A stretch of 64,000 nucleotides of DNA from Lama guanicoe (lineage: Eukaryota), in the NCBI GenBank assembly GCA_013239625.1, contig MU054212.1, forward strand, positions 4,074,650 to 4,138,649, given 5' to 3'. The notes beneath the pieces were generated by a model. That model worked only from the letters and a program-made list of their open reading frames with translations. It made no database searches and was not told the origin of the DNA. Positions 25,348-38,809 of this stretch are shown here, piece by piece (the stretch's first letter is position 1; the number at the start of each line of letters is the position of its first letter). A program made the translations under genes and the position numbers.

Positions 25348-27250
25348 AAACCTAACAAAATACATGTAAGATCTGCGTGAGGAAAACTACAAAGCTCTGG
25401 TGAAAGAAGAACTAAATAAATGGAGAGATATTCCATTTCATGGATAGTTAGACTCAATATTATCAAAATGTTACTTCTTCCCAACTTGATCTATAAATTC
25501 AGTGCAATTCCAATCAAAATCACAGCAAGTTGATTTGTGGATATTGACAAAATGATTCTAAAATGTATATGGAGAGGCAAAAGACCCAGAACAGCCACCT
25601 CCATACTGGACAAGAAGAATGAAGTTGGAGGATTGACACTATCAGACTTTAAGACTTACTGTAAAGTTACAGCAATCAAGACAGTGTGGTATCAGCAAAA
25701 GAATACATGAATAGATCAATGGAATAGAACAGAGAGCCTAGAAATAGACCCACATAAGAATAGTCAACTGATCTTTGACAAAGGGACAAAGGCAACACAA
25801 TGGTGGAAAAACGATCTTTTCAACAAATGCTGTTGGGATAACTGGACATCCATGTACCAAAAAAAAAAAAAATCTAGGCACAATCCTTACATTTCTGACA
25901 AAAATTAACTCAAAATGGATTATAGACCTAAATGTAAAGTGCAAAAGTATAAAATTCTTAGAGGAAACCATAGCAGAAAATCTAGATGACCTTGGGTTTG
26001 GTGGCGACTTTTTAGATACAACTCCAAAGGCAGGCTGCATGAAAGGAATAACGGATAAATTGGACTTCCTTGAAATTAAAACATGCTGCTCTGTGAAAGA
26101 CAATATCAAGAGACTTTGCAGACAAGTCACAGACATGGGAAAACATTTTGCCAAAGACATATTTGATAAAGGACTGTTGTCCAATGCACACAGAAAAACC
26201 TCTTAACACGTAACAATAAGAAAATAATTCAGTTAAAAAGTGGGCTGAAGACCTGAACAGACACTTCACAAAAGAAGATATACAGATGGAAAATAAGATG
26301 AAGTAGATGAAATAATAACTTAGAGATAATAATATAAAAGTGTTCAGCATCATTTTGTTATTAGAGAGTTGCAAACTAAAACAACAAGGAGATACATCTA
26401 CATACCTATATGATTGGTGAAACAATCACCAAAATTCTGGAGAGAATATGGAGCAACAGAAACTCATTCATTGCTGATGGGAATACAAAATAGCACAAAC
26501 ACTTTGGAAAATGATTTGGCACTTTCCTATAAAACTGAACATACTCTTAACAACCGTGTAATCAAGCAATCTCTCTCCTTGGTTTTTACCTGCATGAATT
26601 GAAAACTTAACGTTCACACAAAGATCTACACAGATGCTTATAGTAGCTTTATTCATAACTGCCAAAACTTGAAAGCAATCAAAAAGTCTGTCAGTAGGTG
26701 AATGGATAAATAAATTGTGGTACATCCTGCCAGTGGAATATTATTCAGTGCTAAAGAGAAATAAAGCCATTAAGGACATGGAAGAGTGATAAATGAATTC
26801 TAATAAGGGAAAAGCTAATCTGTAAAGGCTGTATACTGTATGGTTCAAATATATGATATTTTGGAAATGGCAAAGCTATGGAGACAGTACAAAGACCAGT
26901 GGTTTCCAAGGTTGGGGGGTGGGGGGAGGACAGATGGAGAGGAGAGGGTTTTAAGGGAGTAAAACTGTTATGTGTAATACTGTAATGTTGGATACATGTC
27001 ATTATACATTTTTTAAACTCATGGGATTGTATAATACCAAGAACAATCCCCAACGTAAACTGTAGGCTTTGATAATGACATGTCAATATAGGTTCTTTGA
27101 TTGTAACAAATGTACTCCTTTGGTAAGGGGAGTGGATGCTGGCGGAGGTTGTGTGGGCAGGAATTATATGGGAAAGCTGTTCTTTCCATTCAGTTTTGCT
27201 GTGAGGCTAAAACTGCTTTAAAAACAGTCTGTTAAAAAACAAACAAACAA
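25348..27250 (+). mobile_element. L1MC-like LINE: decayed ORF2 3' part plus 3' UTR
   Basis: ORF2-like peptides ([31 protein letters not shown]) broken by stops and frameshifts; L1MC-type terminus ttttgctgtgaggctaaaactgctttaaaaa and A-rich tail. Confidence 0.92.
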
Positions 27251-27546
27251 AAAGAATATGGTATTTTCATAAGCATTAGTATGAAATATTCTCCAAGAGA
27301 TATTTTGCAATGAAAACAGTATAGAAACAAAAACTCCAAAGCATATTGATTTACATTTTATCTGCTTTCTTAGAAAACAGTGTCACTTCAGTATTTTAAC
27401 ATGTGAACTCGACTGAGATTGGACCAAGATTTGGCAACTATTTTATGAAATTATTAAACCAGGGTGTACTTGACTTCAAAAGTGGTCAATATAATATAAA
27501 TGCCGCATCAAAGACATATCTAAACTACTATGGAATACTTACCGTT

Positions 27547-27956
27547 ATCTAGGAATTTGGCTTTTTTTAGGTTCCACATATCATACAGTATTTATCTCTT
27601 TCTGTGTGACTTATTTCACTTTGTAAAATGCCCTCAAGGTCCATCCATGTGGTTGCAAATGGCAGGATTTCCTTCTTTCTCATGGCTGAATAGTATTCCA
27701 TTATATGTATCTCATCTTTATCTGGTCATCCATTGACAGACACTTAGGGTGGTTCCATATCTTGGCTATTGTGAATAATGATACAATAAACATGGGGATA
27801 CAGATATTTATCCTATATTCTGTTTTAATTTCCTTTGGATATATACCTAGAAGTGGAATTACTGGATCATATAGTAGTTCTTTTTAAAAATTTTTTGAAG
27901 AACTTTCATACTGTTTTCCATAGGGGCTATAGAATTTATATTCCCACCAACAGAGT
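27547..27956 (-). mobile_element. L1 fragment (ORF2 end and 3' UTR)
   Basis: gtccatccatgtggttgcaaatggcaggatttcc; atatacctagaagtggaattactggatcata; attcccaccaacag. Confidence 0.88.
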
Positions 27957-28269
27957 TCGATTCTTGTCAAGTAAGATAAAATCTTTTGTGAAAGTTGAAG
28001 AGACAGTTAACTTGTGACAAAAATTGTGACTTTCAATGGAACTATGCCTCCAAGAACCAGTAGCCTTTGAAACAATTTCTGAGAACCAACAGATAGTGAA
28101 GACACAGGTGTAGTTATATTTTACTACATTTTGAAGTCGGGATGATTTATTAGTGTGTATGGTGATATATACAGTGGAGTCGAGAAGACAAGGTTTCTCC
28201 AGACAGCTTTGCTGAATGTCAAAGATCTACTGAACTTGACCTCATTACTTCTCAAAATCACCATATATC

Positions 28270-28400
28270 ACCAGGGCTGTTCTTTTCCCTTCAGAGATAA
28301 GAAAGCCCTGACATGAAGAGTTTGAATAAATTGCTCAAGGTCACCCAGTAAGCATGCAGTGCCATCAGAGATTGAGTCCAGTTCCATGAGACTCTAGTCA
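28270..28400 (-). mobile_element. MIR SINE fragment
   Basis: aataaattgctcaaggtcacccagtaag...gattgagtccagtt. Confidence 0.55.
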
Positions 28401-29859
28401 TCCCAGGTTTACAAAGTTATAAAAGATCCACAAATTGAAGAAAATTAGCATCTTAAGGGGCAGCCACAAAGGAAATATAATGCAGTGCTTTTCACAAGTT
28501 ATACATGGGATGCCTAAAGGAATGGGTATTCAAAATGCTCCATAGATCCTATGGTTTCAATGATGAATCTTCCAAACAAACAATAAAGCAACAAAGAGTT
28601 CAGTTTCTTGAGAAAACAGTTCATCTCTTCCTATATGGTGTGCTGTGTGCTTTTGAACAATTGTGTTTGAAAAAAGAATGAACTCCACTCCACATACTTT
28701 GAAAACCAGTGGTCTACCCTGGGGGAGAAAAATAGACATTCCAAAGTAGAAAAGATCGGATTAAACATGGGAAGAAGGCTTCCTGAGTAGAACTTATATA
28801 ATTTTTGAAGTTCACTTTTAACACACAATGCCAGATGAAATCCTTGAGATGGATCAGAATTGAGAACAAGAAAAGAACGTGGCTGAGTTGCACGGGTCCT
28901 CTGTGGGCACGGTTGCGTGTGCTACAGACAATGTTTTCCATGTTTGTAGGATAGTAGCTACCAGAAACATCAGTAGTGACAGGGTTAGAAAACACTACGA
29001 GAGTGACGGTGTCGAAGTGATTTGTGAGGGACTGTTATGTCCAGGTGAGGTGCTGCAGACTCAGAGAACTAGAGTCAAAGAGAAGCAAATTATTAAACGT
29101 GGCTGAAGTACTTCGACAGAGCGAATCAAAAAAGACGGTTTAATAGAGCCAGCTAAGTGCTTCTTACTCATCCCTTCTCTGGGATTTGGCGACATTTTGA
29201 ATTTTCATCTCTATGACATGCGAGCTCGTGCTGGTCAGAGCTGGTTACCCTTCCAGATAAGATATCACTTACCTATTTTAGTTCAGAGGTGAATTAACTG
29301 CTGATTGAATAGTTTCTGAAAGGTTATTGATGAAAGTAAGATGTATACATTCTGCAGTACGTGTATTTGTTAAAACCATCGTCTTTCTAGATGATAGAAT
29401 AAAATTTACCTTGCAGGTCAAAATTGCGAGCCCAGCGTAATACTCCTGCTGTGTATCTATCTAAAAAATGAGAAAAATTGTCAGGCTGATGATTTTTCAC
29501 ATCCCATTTCATTGTTATTTTGTGACCAATTATTGTAATCATTTGTTTACATTTCCAAACAGACTTTTTGAAAAACAACACTCGGTGTTGCAGCAAATGA
29601 CAAAACATGATTCAGTGTGTCCCTGCTAAATTATGAGCATCTCAGGTTTTTAGATGATGTCTTACTTTCCTTCACCCTGACTCCAGCACAGTTCCCGACA
29701 CACAGTGGTCACTCAATAATTTTTGCTGAAATGTATCAGTAACATGTAGACATGTATGTCAACCTTTTATAAATTCAGTGACAGTGGACATAAAGCCCAT
29801 CAAAACGGTGTCAGTTGATTAGTGTGATGACCTTGCAGAAGGGGAAAATCAAAGGCAGA

Positions 29860-30040
29860 ACAAGCCTCAGAGTTGGTTCTTTGATCAAAATTCTTGCTCT
29901 GTTATTCATTGGCTGTAAAACATTGGGCTAATGACTTCATCTTGAAGCTTTAGTTTTCTCATTTATAAAATAGGATAAAATAAGACCAGCCTCATAGAGT
30001 TGCTGGGAAGTATATTATAATAATGTACATAAAACAGAAT
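29860..30040 (+). mobile_element. MIR SINE
   Basis: ctttagttttctcatttataaaataggataa...cctcatagagttgctg. Confidence 0.75.
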
Positions 30041-31053
30041 AGTACCTTTTCTTTGGTTAATTATAGTTTGAGGAAAAAGGTATTAAAACCCTCAAAAGGC
30101 TGGTGTAAGAGATTGTTTGATTTAGATGTTTGCGTATTTATCCTATTTAACTGGTGTGGCTTAACTCTTTTGTTCCACTCTTGGTAAAATTCTCCCTAAA
30201 CACCAAAAAAAAAAAAATCCAAAAAGGACAATAGGTATTTTACTTCTGTTCTCAGGGGAAGATGAAGAAAAGAATAATACAGCAGTTTGCAGGCGACAAT
30301 TTCAGAAACAAAAACAAAAAGCCCCCAAGAATAGCCCTCAGCAGCCTGCTTTCTCCCGCTTTCTTCTGCCCGCCCAGCTGCCTCATTCTTTTCCTCTCTG
30401 TCCCCACTCTCCTAATTCTTTAGCTTCTCCAGACGAGCTTATTCCAGGCACCCTCTCCATCCCCCAAATCTGTTTCCAAATCATGTCAACCTCAACAGCA
30501 TGCAGAAAAATGAAACTAAGCAAAATGAGCCAGACCGTTCACTGCTCCTCCTGGGAATTCCCAGTCAGTGGTAGCGGGGAAGGCGGGGGCGGGAAGGAGT
30601 CCTCATCTTCCTGCACAAACAGACGGCTTCTAGAAGGTGGATCAGTAGGTGGCTCCCAGAACGGGTTCTCTCCCCCCTTTCTCCTTCAGGCCACAGTGCA
30701 ACTTGCGCGGCTCTGTGTAGTGGACCTGCTTTTACGAAGAGCAGCCCTGAGTGACAGCTGGGCTCATGGAAGCCCGGCCAGAGGTGACATTTCTTGGCCT
30801 GTGCCACAGTGGTTGTAGCGTTGAGACTCAGTCCAGGCCAAATGGATGCACGTAGAAGTGAACCTGGGAAATTCAGATCTGAGGAAGAAGAGAGAGAAAG
30901 AAAGCTATTGTTATTCTTAGATAAGAGAGTTGATTGGCCAGACCTTGAAGAGGGAGAGTTAGATCTTGTGGAAAGAGGGGTCCAAAACAAGAGGAGAAAG
31001 AGCAAGAACTGTGAGATGGCTTGCTTTCTGTTGACATCACAATTGAGCAAAGT

Positions 31054-31177
31054 CTATGATGAAAAAGAATATGAAAAAGAATATATATGTGTATATATGT
31101 ATAACTGAATCATTATACTGTACACCAGAAACTAACACAACGTTGTAAATCAACTATACTTCAATTTAAAAAAAAAA
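31054..31177 (+). mobile_element. Very short 5'-truncated L1 3' end with polyA
   Basis: gaaaaagaatatgaaaaagaatatat...ctgtacaccagaaactaacacaacgttgtaaatcaactatacttcaatt plus A-tract; aaagt on both flanks. Confidence 0.88.
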
Positions 31178-31974
31178 GTATCATAGCAGGGATCTCACTA
31201 AGCTGAGTTCTGTTTGGGATAATTCTGCACCTGGACTGCTTCACTCGGGGCAACACAACCCCTGCCTCACTGTAATGGTGTGATGATGAGAAAACATAAA
31301 TGCAAATGAAAGCCCCAGTAATTAAAAGTTGGGACTTTAACAACTCTAGTAAGTTCTGCTTTTGAGGAGTTTGGAGGATTTTTTGCCACAGACAAAGAGC
31401 TGAGGTCAAGGAAGGGAAGCATTTGACTTATGGATGTAAGATTTTAATCTCAGGCTTGTGAGTTGGGGAGAACTTCTGGGTCCCGCAGACCTGGCCAAGG
31501 GAGAGGAGGTAAAAACCAATGTAGCCTTATTCATTGGATTGTTCAGTATTGCTGCTTAGAAGAAAACCCCAGGAACCAGACACCTAGGGCTGAGCAAAAG
31601 CAGAGGCTTCTCACAGCCTGAAAAGCTTAATAACCTATGTTCAAGGCAACCTAGGCTCACGTTCTGTGAGCCTCCCTTGGTTCCTACCGCCTCTAAGGGG
31701 TGGGTTGATGAGGGGTGGAGATGGGCAAGGGGAGGACCACTGGAGTTAACAATGGAGCATCACGCAGAGTTTACCCATGTGTGAACAAGCCACAACACAG
31801 CCACAGAATACCTATCCCAAATGTTCCTAACTTCTCTCTGATTAGTCAGGGTAACACCACATGCTGAAGTAAACACACCCCAATGTGTCTCTTCGGTTAT
31901 CACATAAGAAGGGAACTTGCATTCGTGTGAAGTCCAGTTGAAGTCCTGTTGAAGCAGGGTTGTTATGGACCCTG

Positions 31975-32230
31975 CAATCAGATTTCTTGGGTTCAACTCC
32001 CAACTCACCATATATCTATGACCTTGATTAATCTCTTTATGCTTTGATTTTCTAACTTGTAAAAGTGATCATTTTTATTATTTTGTCAGAATAATAAATT
32101 AAATCAGAATGACATAATGAGCACATCTAGGATATAGAAATGTGAATATTAAACAAGATAATTAATGAAAAGGACTTAAAATATAACTGACACATAATAA
32201 ACATTCAACACATGTTCGCTATTATAGTTT
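31975..32230 (+). mobile_element. MIR SINE (degenerate)
   Basis: tcagatttcttgggttcaactcccaactcacca...tgaccttg; 3' end aaacattcaacacatgttcgctattat. Confidence 0.6.
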
Positions 32231-32639
32231 TTATTAGAACAGATAATTGCATTTTTAACCTTTTTCTATGACGCCAGTATTTCTGTAATTTTGTTATCTA
32301 TTACTTAACTCATTGTGGGTAGGAATTGCTCCATCTTAAACTAAAATAATGTCCAGGAATAGATTTTTAGCAACTTGTACACTGTGCCTACTGCTCTCAG
32401 TCTTACGTCCTTTCTACTTGCCTCTTCAGTGGTACACAGTGTGAAGATTCTCTTATGGAAAATGGAGCAGGGAACACTAATTAACAACACAATTATTTAA
32501 CACTTCACCTCCTCTTTCTAACAGGCAGGCATCCTCCTCCTGACTTCCTCACACGGGAAGCTATCATTTCCTTTTCTTTTGATGTTGATCTTAGTCATAT
32601 TTCACTAGATGTTGCATATTCAGGGGTAAGGATAAACTT

Positions 32640-33005
32640 TTATTCAATTTAAATTGACAAATATTTATTGAGACCTGCTGTGGGTCAGGTACATTCTAGG
32701 GATGCATCAATAAAACCAAGTTTCCTGTCTTTGTGGAGTTTATATAAGGGGAAGGCGCCCAATAATAAGCAAGATAATGTAAAAAATAAATACATTAGTC
32801 AATATGCTAGGAGATGATATACTCAAAGGAATGAAGCAAGTGTCAGATAAGATAAAGAAGATGTGAAACAAGGGATGGGAGTTGGTTGCAATTTCACATA
32901 CATTGTTCAGGTTGTGCCTCATTGAGGAGGTGATGGTTGAGCAAAGCCTGGAAGAAGGTAAGAGACTTACTCAGGCAGGTCACGGAGGGAAGAGGATTCC
33001 TGGAT
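32640..33005 (-). mobile_element. L2 (L2a-like) 3' part
   Basis: acaaatatttattgagacctgctgtgggtcagg...cctcattgaggaggtgatggttgagcaaagcctggaaga. Confidence 0.8.
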
Positions 33006-33009
33006 AAAA

Positions 33010-33990
33010 ATCTAATGCATTTGCATTACTTTGACATATAATGTCACATAAAACTATTTTTAATTCTATTTGTATAAGTTATTACAGACATTGTTTTTCA
33101 TAGTCAGTATTTCTTTATGTTTAGTCACATATTTGCTCTTTCTGCACTGCTTCTGCTTCATTCTTTCTTGATTTTGTTTGTTTGTTCTAGGAACATTTTC
33201 TTCCTTTTAGTTATCTGTTGGCAATAAATTCTCTCATTAAACAAAAAGACCTAAAGCCTATTTCTTTAATTTTTAAAGGACATTTTAGTGTGTTCAGAGT
33301 TACAGGTTAGCACTTACATTTTTCAGTGCTTAGATGTCATTCCATTGTCTTCTCTTCGGAGACATTTTTATTGTTGAGAAGTTCATTACTGTTGAATGTA
33401 ATCAGATAGTCTTAGTATTGTTCTTTGAAGATTGTTGTCTGCTTTAAAGGTTTTTCCTTTTATTTAAGTGCTTGGCAGTTTCACCAAGATGAACCTGGGT
33501 GTGTTTTCTTTGTATTTATCCTATTAGGAGTTTGCTGAGCTTTGTGATTCTGTAGGTTTCTGTCTTTTAAATATGATCATAAAAAAGCTTGGTAATTATT
33601 TCTACAGTAATTGTTCTACCCTTTTGCTTTCTCAATTCTTATATTCTAATTTTGTAAATATTATATTTTTTACACAGCCTACATGTCCTGTAGACTGTCT
33701 TCTGTGATTATTATATACTCTCTGTGCTCCAGTTTTGATATTTTTAAAATTTGTTTTGAGTTTACTCAAATGTATTCTGCTGCGTTCAAACTGCTATTGA
33801 ACCTATCTATTGAGCCCTTAATTTTAGATATTTTATTTTTAATTATAGAATGCCCACTGTTACTTTTTTTAATAACTTCTGACTCTGTCTCATAATTATT
33901 CATCTTTCATTGTTTTTAAAAATTTATTTACACTACTTTCTTGAACTCTGAAGTTCTTCTGTTCAGCTTGTCCCAATATTGGCCCATGTG
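33010..33990 (-). mobile_element. Old L1M 5'/ORF1-region remnant
   Basis: aaggacattttagtgtgttcagagtt...atgtcattccattgtcttct...attgttgagaagt; tttctttgtatttatcctattaggagtttgctgagctt. Confidence 0.75.
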
Positions 33991-35449
33991 TGGGTCTGCT
34001 TCTACAACAGGAGTTCCTTCAAAGTTGCCCCTTAGCATGTCAGTATTCTGGGTCAATAAATAAGACTAGATGATCTCTGTGAAGCTATACTGGCTCTTAA
34101 ATGCTTTATTCTTCGCAACTCAGTAAGTGCTATCTGGTCCAAGTACGGCACACCTATCCTTCAAGGCAATGTCAGGGGCTCGGGCACCTACAGAAACGGA
34201 TCTTGATCTTTATAGAGATTATAATCAAATTAATGCGAGAAAACAGCATACATAAAATAATTGCAGAATAAATGTTAAATTGTGTGATACTAACCATAAG
34301 GGTAATAGTTCAGCAAAAAAGAGGTACTCGTGTGAGTCGCAGTAACAGCAGCAATTGGAGGAGTAGAAATCTGGAGAAAGAACCCACTTCTTACATAGTA
34401 TCTGGCAATATAACTTATGGAGACTTGTACTGAGAGTAAATTGTCCCTTCTTTTATCCAGAATAATCTCTTATTATCACAAGAGAACAATTGCTGATGAC
34501 ATTAGGTTCTTAAACATTCTAATGAATATTTCTGACTTTTAGACTTCTAATCTAAAATTTGATGTTAATATTGATGTTAAGTTTGAATCCATATGGGGGC
34601 TCCAGCCTCCTCTGGTTCTCTCTCTTTTTCCATGCCTGTCATTAGCTTTTTGTCTTTATGTGTCTGCTTTTTCAGAACTAGAATGTGATTAAATTAATTG
34701 GTTTAAAAATACACCGTGTGTCATGCTGTGAATATTGGGTTTAAATACAATTGCAGTAGGTTGCACTAATTAATTGGGTTTTATTTTACAAGATTAGAGT
34801 TAAGGATGCTTGAACATAATATGTAAATTTATGCAGAATGTGCAAATCAGTATTTTAATTCAAGCATCCTGTCACATAGGGAAAAAAAAGAATGTAAAAA
34901 ATATGACATAAGCTGGAATTATTTATCTTATGGGTTGAAGTATCACCTAAGCAACACAAAATGGGAGCTGGATTGGGTGGGGCTGATGTGTAGGGAAGAT
35001 GAAATTGGAAGCCTAGAACTTAGAAAATTCAAAGTTAATTAATTTAGAAATTCACGTCGTTCAATGACGAAAAGTAGGAAAAAAGATATTAATGAAAATA
35101 AAAGCTGTTCTGAGTTGACTTGAAGAATCTGTTTTTATACTTTAACTGATAGTTCTTCTTTTATTTCTCGGTCCTGGAGTTAACCTCGACCATATCCATG
35201 TGCTCAGCCAGCATTTAATAAATTGCCGTAGTACACCTTGTACATGTGATAAGATTAGAGACAGGCAGATTAGCAGAACATGATTCTGCTTCCTGAGGGT
35301 CTCATAACCTGCGAGGTATACATGTGCACATAATTATTTTGCATTGTGATAACAATGCTAATTAATCCCTGGGTTGCTGACAGTTCTGGCTTGAAGTGAT
35401 ATTTTATCCATTCCTAGAAATAATACTAGTAATCAAGGGGGATTTCTAC

Positions 35450-36030
35450 TTGATTAGCGAAGAATTCATTCAGTGATAAGTAAAAGAAAACCCAATCACA
35501 GTGGTTTAAATAAATAGAAATTGGCTTTTTCTCCCAGTATAGAAAAATCCTAAAGCAGGGGTCCATGGCAGTGACTCAATAACAAGTAATTAACTCAGTA
35601 ATAAGTCAGGGTTTAAGTCTCTAAGATTTTTGATTTTCTTGGCTTTTACTGTCATGATCCAAGATGGCTGCTCCATCCTCAATGACCAATTCTGCTTTAA
35701 GGCAGGAAGAATGGAGGAAGGAGAGAAGGGAAGAGACCTTTATCTTTAATAAGTTTGCATTTGTATTCAGAAGTAGAGACCCTTCTTCTTTCTTGGACAG
35801 ACTTCCCATTACATCTCTCGGACCCAGGACACATGATCAAGTTTAAAGCAATCCCGGGTCAAGAACAATGGGCGTGCAGGGACTGACCATCAGGTCATGG
35901 TTTGTGCCTTGGGACTGGTGTAGCTACCCTTTCAAATAAAGATCTGCAACCTACTATCTAAATTTTTTTTTAAGTCCGGGAACAAGGTATAGTAATGACT
36001 TTTATATAAGTGACTGTGTCTTCTGCAACT
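35450..36030 (-). mobile_element. Old MaLR LTR (MLT1K/L-like)
   Basis: aagtaaaagaaaacccaatcacagtggtttaaataaatag; caagatggctgct; cagacttcccattacatctc. Confidence 0.7.
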
Positions 36031-36374
36031 GCCACCCTCAAAGAGTATTAGTAAAAGCAGCTTTATAACCCACAGCAACATTTCTTAAGACCCCCTTTCC
36101 TCATTTCTCCTGGTCTTCAGTCTCCTCAGAATTACACAGTTGCTCCAAAGCCTTTCCCTTTATCCCTCACTCTCAGATTCCTAAACCAAAATCCATCTCT
36201 CTTTGATGACACCTGGGGCTGCTCTGTCAGCAAGTCCCCAGATTCCTTTCCTCTCTTTCAATCACATGGTCACACTGGTATCTTCTATTCACAGCATCTT
36301 TTCTCCCACCAGATAATTCCATCTACTGTTTCCTTCTCAGAAACCTCATTTGGTGTTTCCAACTGAGCAGGGAC

Positions 36375-36905
36375 TGTTACCAGAGAGTAGTTTCTTGTTT
36401 TGTTGCAGAAAGAATTCAGAGACGAGACACGCAGGCCAGGAAGGCAAAGTGAGGATTTATTAAGCCACAGTGCACTCTCTGGGGGTAGAACAGGCAGGCT
36501 CAGGTGAGCAGCTGTCCTGAATTCCTTTGGCAAGCTGGTTATATGGGGGGTGAAAATAACTAGCTGGAATATTCATTGAAGAGGGAGAGGTTTGGGGTCA
36601 TATTTCCTGATTTTCATCCCAGCTCCACCTCCCCAAGGGAAGGAGGGGTTTTTGTTCTTATTTGGTCTGATTGAAAGTGTCATGGCGTCGGTCTATAATG
36701 GGTACTTCTTATTTGCAAGGCTAATTTTACTGTAATGAGGGCAGAATAAGCAAAAGATTACATTCAGATGCGGGGGATTCCTACCTTTTCCCACCTTCCT
36801 TTGTCTGCTTTTAGGACCCCTGTCACCAAAAGATGTATGATTTCCTGCCACATGACCACGGCCTGTCTCTCTCTGCTCATATCTAGCTAACTGCCTGCTC
36901 TAACA
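36375..36905 (-). mobile_element. ERV1-class solo LTR with intact termini
   Basis: TGTTA...TAACA termini; exact 4-bp TSD GGAC (36371-36374 and 36906-36909); AATAAA on the minus strand near the left end. Confidence 0.92.
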
Positions 36906-37899
36906 GGACACTGAGAAATAGTCAGTTCCTAAGCTCTGACAGCCTTCCTCAAGAAATTCAACCTATTACTGAAACTCTGCACTACAGAAGGATGATCCAA
37001 GAACTAATCGGGGGGTGTCCTTTTTCTTCAGAATGGGACAACAAGAGGTAAAGGGAGAGGAAGAGCGAGGAATACTTATATGTAAATAATTTTGTTCTGG
37101 TTACATGATAAATTCTGTAACAGATGTTCAAATGAATATTAATTAGTTAGCACAGAGAAGAAAAATGATACATTGAAAGGCTGGATGGTAGACTCTTCTG
37201 GAGTTAAGGAATCAAATGGATTCCGGGGAATATGACAAAGGGAGAGGTAGGGTTCAGGCAAGTCGGAAACAAAATTATGGGATAAAATATGAAAGATAAT
37301 TGGTACACCACTTTCTTCTCCAAATTTATTTTATCTTTATTTTATCTTTAATTCATCTTCTTTACTGTATCTTTAATTTCAACCACTCAGTATTTCCCAC
37401 TTTGTGTTCTGATTGATCTTACTCAGTCTATAAATGTTTTCTCACTTGAAAAAAAAACAGATTTAATAAAGCTTCCTCTGCTCATTTCACCTCTCCCTAT
37501 ACCGGTTTTTAATGAGATCTTTTTACATCAAAGGGCTCTGTAAGAAAAGGCAGAATAATTGCATCATTCGCCTGTTTCCTGTGTGCCACACTTTGAGATA
37601 CACCCCTTCTTAATTAGTGAAGCACATGCATTTAATTTTGGCTCTGTGAAAGCACAATGTCTTCATGGCACTGCAGCATTGGAACTCTTGTCACTTACTG
37701 GTTTGGTCCCAGCGTGCGGGGTCTCAGACTAACCGGAAACAAGGTGAAATGGACACCCTCTTTATTTCTGTCTCTGTGCTGGGAACTACCTGAGTATGAA
37801 GGTATAAGATGAGTAAGTCTTAACTCTTGCTCTTTAGGAGTCTCCCTTTTAAGTGGTTGAGCCAGACATCTCAACAGATAATAGAAACACAAGTCAGAA

Positions 37900-38367
37900 A
37901 GGACTGAATTGTGCAGTATTGGACAGCTCTCTAGTGCCACATCGTATCGTCTCGGCCACACTTCTTACTTCGGCCACTGCTACGTCAGCAAGCTCTGTGG
38001 AGGCTCTGACCAGCTTTGTGCAGGGTGCAGCTAGGCATTGCTGCCGGGGACCACACACATACCCGTCCTGGTTTCTCTGATGCTCCCAGGAGCCGGCTTG
38101 ATACGAGGCACTGCTCAGCAGAGAGGCAGTAAATCCCATGGGACTATCCTTGACTAGTGGGAGGTGGGAGCCAAGTGATACCTGTTAGGTTTCAAACTCC
38201 TCCCTCTGGGAGACAGTTCGCAGGGCTCCTTGGAGGTCCCACCTTGCTTACACATCCATACATGGATCTACTGTCCTTCCCGGGTTTATTCCCCAGACCC
38301 ACAAATTAAACACTGCACTTAAGCCTTTGTCTCAGGCTCCGATAGCAGAGAAACCTAGGCTGAGACA
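37900..38367 (+). mobile_element. Old ERVL LTR (LTR16/40/41-like)
   Basis: 3' end aaattaaacactgcacttaagcctttgtctcaggctc...aacctaggctgagaca; 5' boundary approximate. Confidence 0.65.
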
Positions 38368-38513
38368 GGTGCAGAGAAAAGAGAGTAGAGGAGGAACAAC
38401 TAACTTTAGAAAGCAGAGTGTTACTTGGAAATAAGTAAACTTCATCATCACTCATCTTTTTATACAGGTTCACTAACGACTTAACTTAGAACTAATTCTG
38501 GAAATAATGTGCA

Positions 38514-38683
38514 CAGGATGGGCCACATCCTCTGTGATGCTGGTGAAAGTGAAAATGTGGGGCACCATTTATGGGAATTATTAAAAATCTCAGGATAGTG
38601 ACAGCAGAGCACTGGACCAGGATGCGCTCCTTTAAATGCAGAGCCCTGTGCAATCGTGCTGGTCACTCTTGAAACCGGCCCTG
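38514..38683 (-). mobile_element. MER45A-like hAT-Tip100 MITE
   Basis: cagg...aaagtgaaaatgtggggc...gacagcagagca...gccctgtgc...ccggccctg; degenerate 8-bp TSD aatgtgca/aatgccca. Confidence 0.82.
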
Positions 38684-38809
38684 AATGCCCACGTGTGTTT
38701 TCATGGTGACCCCCAATTCCAACTCATTAGGAACTAGGAAAACTAGGAAAAAATGTATAGTTACCTCTCCCTTCATGTTCTACTCGCCCTGGCTGCATCA
38801 TACTGCATC

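Noticed and set aside
25738..26602. Cluster of 60-150 aa ORFs
   Set aside because: Fragments and antisense frames of a decayed L1 ORF2
30794..31108. Charged, protein-like ORF (EEEERERK...)
   Set aside because: Purine-rich, L2-like sequence running into an L1 tail; no recognisable homology
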